A DNA stretch of 64,000 nt, from positions 18,139 to 82,138 of the forward strand of contig CAZEVN010000002.1 in the NCBI GenBank assembly GCA_964515145.1. The letters are read 5' to 3'. Below are positions 58,547-64,000 of this stretch, in pieces. Under the pieces are notes generated by a model that worked only from the letters and a program-made list of their open reading frames with translations, did not search any database and had not been told where the DNA came from. Position 1 is the stretch's first letter. Each line of letters begins with the position of its first letter. A program made the position numbers and the translations under genes. Origin of the DNA: an uncultured Enemella sp. GTDB lineage: Bacteria; Actinomycetota; Actinomycetes; Propionibacteriales; Propionibacteriaceae.

Positions 58547-60357
58547 GGGTCGTCGCCACTGCCGGACACGTCGATCACGGCAAGTCCACGCTCGTCCGCG
58601 CCCTCACCGGCACGGACCCCGACCGGTGGGCCGAGGAACACAATCGTGGGCTGACCATCGACCTGGGATTCGCCCACACCAAGCTGGCCTCGGGGGAGAC
58701 CGTCGCCTTCGTCGATGTCCCGGGTCACCAGCGCTTCATCGCCAACATGCTGGCGGGCATCGGACCGGCGCCTGCGGTGCTGTTCGTCGTCGCCGCGGAT
58801 GAGGGTTGGCGGGCCCAGTCGACCGAACACCTCGCCGCTATCGACGCTCTCGGCCTGGGGCACGGCCTACTCGTCGTTACGCGCAGCGACCTCGCCGACC
58901 CGGCGGCCGCGATCGACGAGGCGAACGAGCACCTGCAGGGGACCTCGCTCGCCGGCATCCGCGCGGTGTCGGTGTCAGCTGTCACCGGGCGGGGCATCAA
59001 GGAACTGCGGACCGCGCTCGACGAACTCTGCGCAGCACTCCCGGCTCCCGATCTCACCGGCCGGGCCCGGCTGTGGGTCGACCGCGCGTTCTCGATGAAG
59101 GGCTCCGGCACCGTCGTGACCGGCACACTCGAGGCGGGGACGCTCCGGATGGGCGACAAGGTCCAGGTGCAGGGTCGCGAGGTCGGCGTACGCCGGCTGC
59201 AATCCCTCGGCGCGGACGTCGAGGAAGCGCGGGCCGTGGCCCGGGTCGCGATCAACCTCCGCGGCCTGCCGGCGGACAGTGTGGGTCGCGGTGACGTCGT
59301 GCTCACCGGTGCGTGGCACCACACCGGGACTGTGGACGCGCGGGTGCCGGCCGACGTCGATCTGCCCGATCGGCTCATGGTGCATGTGGGGACGGCGGCG
59401 CAGGAGGCGAGGGTACGCCCGCTGGGCGAGGGGGCGGTTCGCCTCATGTGGGCCGACCCGCTGCCCCTGCAGGTGGGCGATCGGCTGGTCCTGCGCGATC
59501 CCGGGCGCCAGCACGTGCTTGCCGGTGCCGTCGTCCTCGATGGCGATCCGCCCGATCTCACCCGTCGTGGCGCTGCCCGGGCTCGTGCGGCCTGGCTGGC
59601 CGACGCCCCTGAACGCCTCGATGTGACCCGGGAGGTGGAGCGGCGCGGTGTCGTCGACCTGGCGACCCTCCGAAACCTGGGGGCTCCCGAGCTGCCGGCC
59701 GCCGAGCTGGTGCTTCCGGAGCGGAAGCAATTGCATACAGCGCCGAAATCACCCCGCTCGGTCCGCCGGGTCGGGGACTGGCTGGTCGCCGAACCCCACT
59801 GGGCGGCCTGGATCGCGCAACTCACCCGGATCGTGACCGAGCACGCCCAGCGCCATCCGCTGCAGGCCCGAATGCCGCAGCAGGCCGCCGCCACGCGCCT
59901 CGGGCTGCCCGATCTGTCTCTGCTCGTCCCACTCGCCCGAGCCGCTGGCCTGACCCTCGCCGACGGGCATGTCGCCCCGCCGGGCTCGGTCGCCGACCTG
60001 GGCGCCGCGGAACCCGGCCTGCAGCGACTCGAGGAGCAACTCGCAGTGCGCCCCTTCCGCGCACCCGAACGCGAGGAGCTCCACGCGCTCGCCCTGGGCG
60101 TACCCGAAATCGCGGCAGCCGTCCGCCTCGGCCGCCTGATCGACCTCGGCGACCAGATCGTCCTCACGCCGAAAGCCCCGGCGCTCGCGATGCGGGAACT
60201 CACCAAACTGAGCCAGCCGTTCACGACCAGCCAGGCGAGGCAGGCGCTGGATACGACCCGTCGCGTCGTGATCCCGCTGCTGGAACATCTGGACCGGAAG
60301 GGGTGGACCCGGCGCCTCGACGGCACCCTGCGTGAGGTGGCCGGATCGCGGAGGTGA
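58543..60357 (+). CDS. selB: Selenocysteine-specific translation elongation factor
   Basis: G1 motif AGHVDHGKST and G3 motif DVPGHQRF. Long C-terminal winged-helix region. ATGA overlap with selA. Confidence 0.92.
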   Translation: MRVVATAGHVDHGKSTLVRALTGTDPDRWAEEHNRGLTIDLGFAHTKLASGETVAFVDVPGHQRFIANMLAGIGPAPAVLFVVAADEGWRAQSTEHLAAIDALGLGHGLLVVTRSDLADPAAAIDEANEHLQGTSLAGIRAVSVSAVTGRGIKELRTALDELCAALPAPDLTGRARLWVDRAFSMKGSGTVVTGTLEAGTLRMGDKVQVQGREVGVRRLQSLGADVEEARAVARVAINLRGLPADSVGRGDVVLTGAWHHTGTVDARVPADVDLPDRLMVHVGTAAQEARVRPLGEGAVRLMWADPLPLQVGDRLVLRDPGRQHVLAGAVVLDGDPPDLTRRGAARARAAWLADAPERLDVTREVERRGVVDLATLRNLGAPELPAAELVLPERKQLHTAPKSPRSVRRVGDWLVAEPHWAAWIAQLTRIVTEHAQRHPLQARMPQQAAATRLGLPDLSLLVPLARAAGLTLADGHVAPPGSVADLGAAEPGLQRLEEQLAVRPFRAPEREELHALALGVPEIAAAVRLGRLIDLGDQIVLTPKAPALAMRELTKLSQPFTTSQARQALDTTRRVVIPLLEHLDRKGWTRRLDGTLREVAGSRR

Positions 60358-60455
60358 TGCAGGCCACTGTCCACGGGCAAAAGGGTGCTAACAAGCCTGG
60401 CTAACGTGGATCATGTGGAGCGAGCAAACGTTCGCCCGGAGCGCAAGGAGCATCC

Positions 60456-61234
60456 ATGAGCGCATGGCAGTTCACCGGAATCAACCAGCCCCTCGTCAAG
60501 GCCGACCCGGAGACCCCGCGGCCGAAGGCGACCGAAGTTGTCGTCGACGTCAAGGCTGCAGGCCTGTGCCACAGCGACTGTGGCGTCCTGACCGATGAGG
60601 GTTGGTTGTCCACCCTGATCCGGATCCCGATCACCATGGGCCATGAGGTTGCGGGAGTCTCGCCCAGGGCGCCGCGGGAACCGATGCGGGCATGACCTCG
60701 CACTCGGCCGTGATGACCGCGGGCCAGGTCAAGGCCGGCGACAAGGTCTGCATCATCGGCATGGGCGGGCTGGGCCAGATCGGTGCGCGCGTGGCGGTGC
60801 TGGCCGGGGCCGAGGTCTATATCGTCGACACCAACGACGCCATCGTCGAGCTCGCCAAGGAGTTGGGCGCGACCGACGTCAAGAAGTCGATCAAGGACTA
60901 TGCCGATATCCGCTTCGACTGTGTCGTCGACTTCGCCGGTTTCGACACCACCAACGGCGCCATCGAGGCCGTGCGCTTCGGTGGCCGGGTCGTCCAGGTC
61001 GGCATGGGCAAGCTCGACACCAACATCTCCACCAAGGCCCTCATCCTCTCCAACGTCACCCTGATCGGCTCGGTCGGTGGCTCGAAGGATGACGTGGCCG
61101 GCGTCTACAAATATTTCTCCGCCGGTGAGCTCGACGCCGCCATCGAGGAGATCACCTTCAATCAGATCCCCGAAGGCCTGGATCGCCTGCACGCCGGTGG
61201 CGTGGTCGGTCGACTGGTCGCCGTTCGGGACTGA
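60456..61234 (+). pseudogene. Zn-dependent alcohol dehydrogenase (MDR family) remnant with internal deletion and frame change near 60656-60660
   Basis: The N-terminal part ends at GLCHSDC...GHEVAG. The next recognisable sequence is in another frame: LAQGAAGTDAGMTSHSAVMTAGQVKAGDKVCIIGMGGLG followed by the Rossmann domain. About 90 residues are absent, including the structural-Zn lobe. Confidence 0.8.
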
Positions 61235-61288
61235 CCGCGCCAGATTGTCGGGCATGATCACACGGCTGCGCCCACTAGAGTGCTGCCC

Positions 61289-63073
61289 ATGTGTGCTCAT
61301 GTCCTGACAGCGGTCGCCTGGCCGTACGCCAACGGTCCCCGTCACATCGGTCACGTCTCCGGTTTCGGGGTGCCGTCCGATGTGTTCGCACGGTTCCAGC
61401 GAATGTCGGGCAACGACGTCCTGATGGTCTCGGGCACCGATGAGCACGGCACGCCGATCCAGGTCCAGGCTGAGCAGGAGGGGCTGACCGCCCGTGCGCT
61501 CGCCGACAAATACAACCGCGTGATCGTCGAGGACCTCAAGGGTCTCGGCCTGTCCTATGACCTGTTCACGCGGACGACGACGCAGAACCATTACAAGGTC
61601 ACCCAGGACATGTTCCGGGCGCTCTTCGACAATGGGTATGCCATCGCGAAGCCCACGAAGGGTGCGATCAGCCCGTCGACCGGGCGCACGCTGCCGGACC
61701 GCTATATCGAGGGCACCTGTCCGATCTGCGACTATGACGGCGCGCGCGGCGACCAGTGTGACAACTGCGGCAACCAGCTCGATCCGATCGACCTGAAGAA
61801 TCCGCGCTCGCGCATCAACGGCGAGACGCCGGAGTTCATCGAGACCGAGCATTTCTTCCTCGACCTGCCTGCCCTGTCGGATGCGCTGGGTTCCTGGCTG
61901 TCCAAGCGCACCGACTGGCGCCCCAACGTCCTCAAGTTCTCCCAGAACCTCATCGAGGACCTCCGTCCGCGGGCGATCACGCGCGATCTCGACTGGGGCG
62001 TACCCATTCCGCTCGACGGTTGGCGCGACCAGCCCATGAAGCGGCTCTATGTCTGGTTCGACGCGGTGATCGGCTATCTGTCGGCGTCGGTCGAGTGGGC
62101 CAGGCGGACGGGCGACCCTGAGGCCTGGCGCCAGTGGTGGACCGATCCGTCGGCCCAGGGTTACTACTTCATGGGCAAGGACAACATCGTCTTCCACTCG
62201 GTCATCTGGCCGTCGATGCTGCTCGGTGCCAACGGTGAGGGCTCGCGCGGGGGAGAGCCGCGGTTCGGGCAGAACCTCAACCTGCCGACCGAGGTCGTGT
62301 CGTCGGAATATCTGACCATGTCGGGCTCCAAGTTCTCCACCTCGCGCGGCACGGTCATCTATGTGACCGACTTCCTCAAGGAGTTCGGTCCCGACGCTCT
62401 GCGCTACTTCATCGCCGTCGCCGGTCCCGAGAACAACGACACGGACTTCACGTGGGACGAGTTCGTACGCCGCACCAACACCGAGCTCGCCAACGAGTGG
62501 GGCAACCTCGTCAACCGGTCCATCTCGATGGCCCACAAGAACAACGGCGCGATCCCGGCGCAGGGTGAGCTGCAGGCGGTGGACGTCGAGCTGCTCGAGA
62601 CCGCGAAGACCGGCTTCGACACCGTCGGCGGATTCCTGGCCCGCAACAAGTTCAAGAACGCGATCTCCGAGGCCATGCGTGTGGCGTCGGCCGCCAACCG
62701 CTATCTGTCCGAGACCGAGCCCTGGAAGCTCAAGGAGGACACCGCCCGCCGCGACACCGTGCTCCACACCGCGCTGCAGGTCGTGTCCGATGTGAACACG
62801 ATGATGACGCCGTTCCTGCCGCACGCCTCGCAGAAGGTGTTCGAGGTGCTCGGCGGCGAGGGCGTCTGGGCCGCGCAGCCCGAGATCCGCGAGGTCTCCG
62901 AGGAGGGCAACGCGGACTATCCGGTGATCATGGGCGAGTATGCCGACCAGCAGGCCGTCTGGCAGTCGCGCCCGATCGGAGCGGGTACGCCGCTCGCGAA
63001 GCCCACCCCGCTGTTCGGCAAACTCGACGAGAAGCTGGGCGAGACCGGGCCGGAGTGGGCTCCGATCGAGTGA
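61289..63073 (+). CDS. metG: Methionine--tRNA ligase
   Basis: HIGH-type PRHIGH, Zn knuckle [18 protein letters not shown], and KMSKS-type GSKFSTSRG. Confidence 0.95.
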   Translation: MCAHVLTAVAWPYANGPRHIGHVSGFGVPSDVFARFQRMSGNDVLMVSGTDEHGTPIQVQAEQEGLTARALADKYNRVIVEDLKGLGLSYDLFTRTTTQNHYKVTQDMFRALFDNGYAIAKPTKGAISPSTGRTLPDRYIEGTCPICDYDGARGDQCDNCGNQLDPIDLKNPRSRINGETPEFIETEHFFLDLPALSDALGSWLSKRTDWRPNVLKFSQNLIEDLRPRAITRDLDWGVPIPLDGWRDQPMKRLYVWFDAVIGYLSASVEWARRTGDPEAWRQWWTDPSAQGYYFMGKDNIVFHSVIWPSMLLGANGEGSRGGEPRFGQNLNLPTEVVSSEYLTMSGSKFSTSRGTVIYVTDFLKEFGPDALRYFIAVAGPENNDTDFTWDEFVRRTNTELANEWGNLVNRSISMAHKNNGAIPAQGELQAVDVELLETAKTGFDTVGGFLARNKFKNAISEAMRVASAANRYLSETEPWKLKEDTARRDTVLHTALQVVSDVNTMMTPFLPHASQKVFEVLGGEGVWAAQPEIREVSEEGNADYPVIMGEYADQQAVWQSRPIGAGTPLAKPTPLFGKLDEKLGETGPEWAPIE

Positions 63074-63076
63074 GGC

Positions 63077-64000
63077 CTACAGGCCGAGCGCGGCCTGCAT
63101 CTCCTCTCGCAGCCGCGCCATCATGCCCTGCGCCTCGGCGCGCGAGCCGGCGAGGTCGCGCTGGGTGACCTCGGGCGAGACGCGGGTCTCGAGATAGCAC
63201 TTGAGCTTGGGTTCGGTGCCCGACGGGCGGACCGTGACGGTGACGGTTTCGCCCTCGAGGCGTACGCCCTCGGTCGCGGGCAGCTCGCCCCAGCCCTCGG
63301 CCAGGTCGATGAACTCGACCGGCTCACCACACAGCTCGGTCGGGGCCTCGGCCCGCAGTCGGGCCATTGCGGCGGTGATGAGCGTGAGGTCCTCGACACG
63401 CATGGACAGCTGGGTGCTGACGTGGACGCCGTGAGCCAGGGCGAGGTCGTCGAGGCGGTCGGCGAGCGTACGCCCGGCCGCCTCCTCCTCGGCAGCAAGC
63501 GTGAGGATCAGGGCCAGGGCCGAGATCCCGTCCTTGTCGGCCACGGTTTCGGGATCACAGCAATAGCCGAGGGCCTCCTCATAGCCGAAGGCGATGTCGG
63601 GGACCCGGGAGATCCACTTGAAGCCGGTGAGGGTGCGCTCATAGGGCAGCCCGTGGGCCCGGGCGATCCGGCCGAGCATCGACCCGGACACGATGGTGTT
63701 GACGAACGTGCCGGTCACGCCCCGTCGCGCCAGGAAGTCGCCCAGGAGCGCGCCGACCTCGTCGCCGTGGAGCATGCGCCAGCCGTCACCGTCGGGGATC
63801 CCGACCGCGCAGCGATCGGCATCGGGGTCGTTCGCGATGACGAGGTCGGCCCCCTTCTCGGTCGCCAGCGCGAAGGCGAGATCCATCGCGCCCGGCTCCT
63901 CGGGATTGGGAAACGCGACGGTGGGGAAGTCGGGGTCCGGGTCGGCCTGCTCCGCGACCACTTGGGGTGCTGGGAAGCCGAGCCGGTCGGCGACGCGTTC
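63077..64000 (-). CDS. Phosphohexomutase (phosphomannomutase/phosphoglucomutase family), C-terminal part; 5' end beyond window
   Basis: The Mg site is ANDPDADRC. TGFKWI and RPSGTEPKLKCY are also present. The frame stays open to base 64000. Confidence 0.9.
   Translation of the reverse strand, partial: ERVADRLGFPAPQVVAEQADPDPDFPTVAFPNPEEPGAMDLAFALATEKGADLVIANDPDADRCAVGIPDGDGWRMLHGDEVGALLGDFLARRGVTGTFVNTIVSGSMLGRIARAHGLPYERTLTGFKWISRVPDIAFGYEEALGYCCDPETVADKDGISALALILTLAAEEEAAGRTLADRLDDLALAHGVHVSTQLSMRVEDLTLITAAMARLRAEAPTELCGEPVEFIDLAEGWGELPATEGVRLEGETVTVTVRPSGTEPKLKCYLETRVSPEVTQRDLAGSRAEAQGMMARLREEMQAALGL

Noticed and set aside
58725-60380. 551-aa minus-strand ORF antisense to selB
   Set aside because: Ser/Arg/Ala/Pro-rich shadow ORF. 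The selB GTPase motifs are on the plus strand.
60401-62824. 807-aa minus-strand ORF spanning the ADH remnant and metG
   Set aside because: Shadow ORF with Arg/Gly/Asp/Val-rich low complexity. metG is unambiguous on the plus strand.

Overview
This is a GC-rich actinobacterial (Actinomycetota-type) chromosomal segment. It is densely coding on both strands, with about 65 protein genes and three tRNA genes: Arg-CCU, Ala-CGC and Sec-UCA. I see no transposase, integrase, phage, CRISPR or rRNA sequence. Most of the content is core housekeeping. It includes: an XPB helicase cluster; a cold-shock/DUF3027 pair; a purine permease; pyruvate carboxylase; serC/pdxH; a DtxR-family regulator; thioredoxin; the conserved mscL-SAF-FmdB-5FCL-moeA-rimJ-membrane protein neighbourhood with moaC/mog; HU; a BMP-type nucleoside ABC transporter with cdd and add; ctaD; metG; and a phosphohexomutase. 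The most distinctive module is a three-subunit formate dehydrogenase at 50479-55984. Its catalytic subunit is read through an in-frame UGA at 51046-51048. It lies directly next to a complete selenocysteine-decoding set: selD, tRNA-Sec, selA and selB. Three genes look disrupted: pyc has one extra G, a Zn-alcohol dehydrogenase has an internal deletion, and a Tyr/Gly/Gln/Pro-repeat membrane protein changes frame beside a 15-nt tandem repeat. These may be real decay or assembly errors. I found no convincing novel multi-gene system such as a defence island. The best unexplained signals are two dispersed non-coding repeat families. One is a roughly 350-nt modular element present in two unusually large convergent intergenic gaps (19.2-19.7 kb and 47.5-48.4 kb). 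The other is a GAGAC/GTCTC-rich palindromic element with three copies, two of which begin exactly on a TGA stop codon. All functional names come from motif recognition and remembered family features. No database search was possible.
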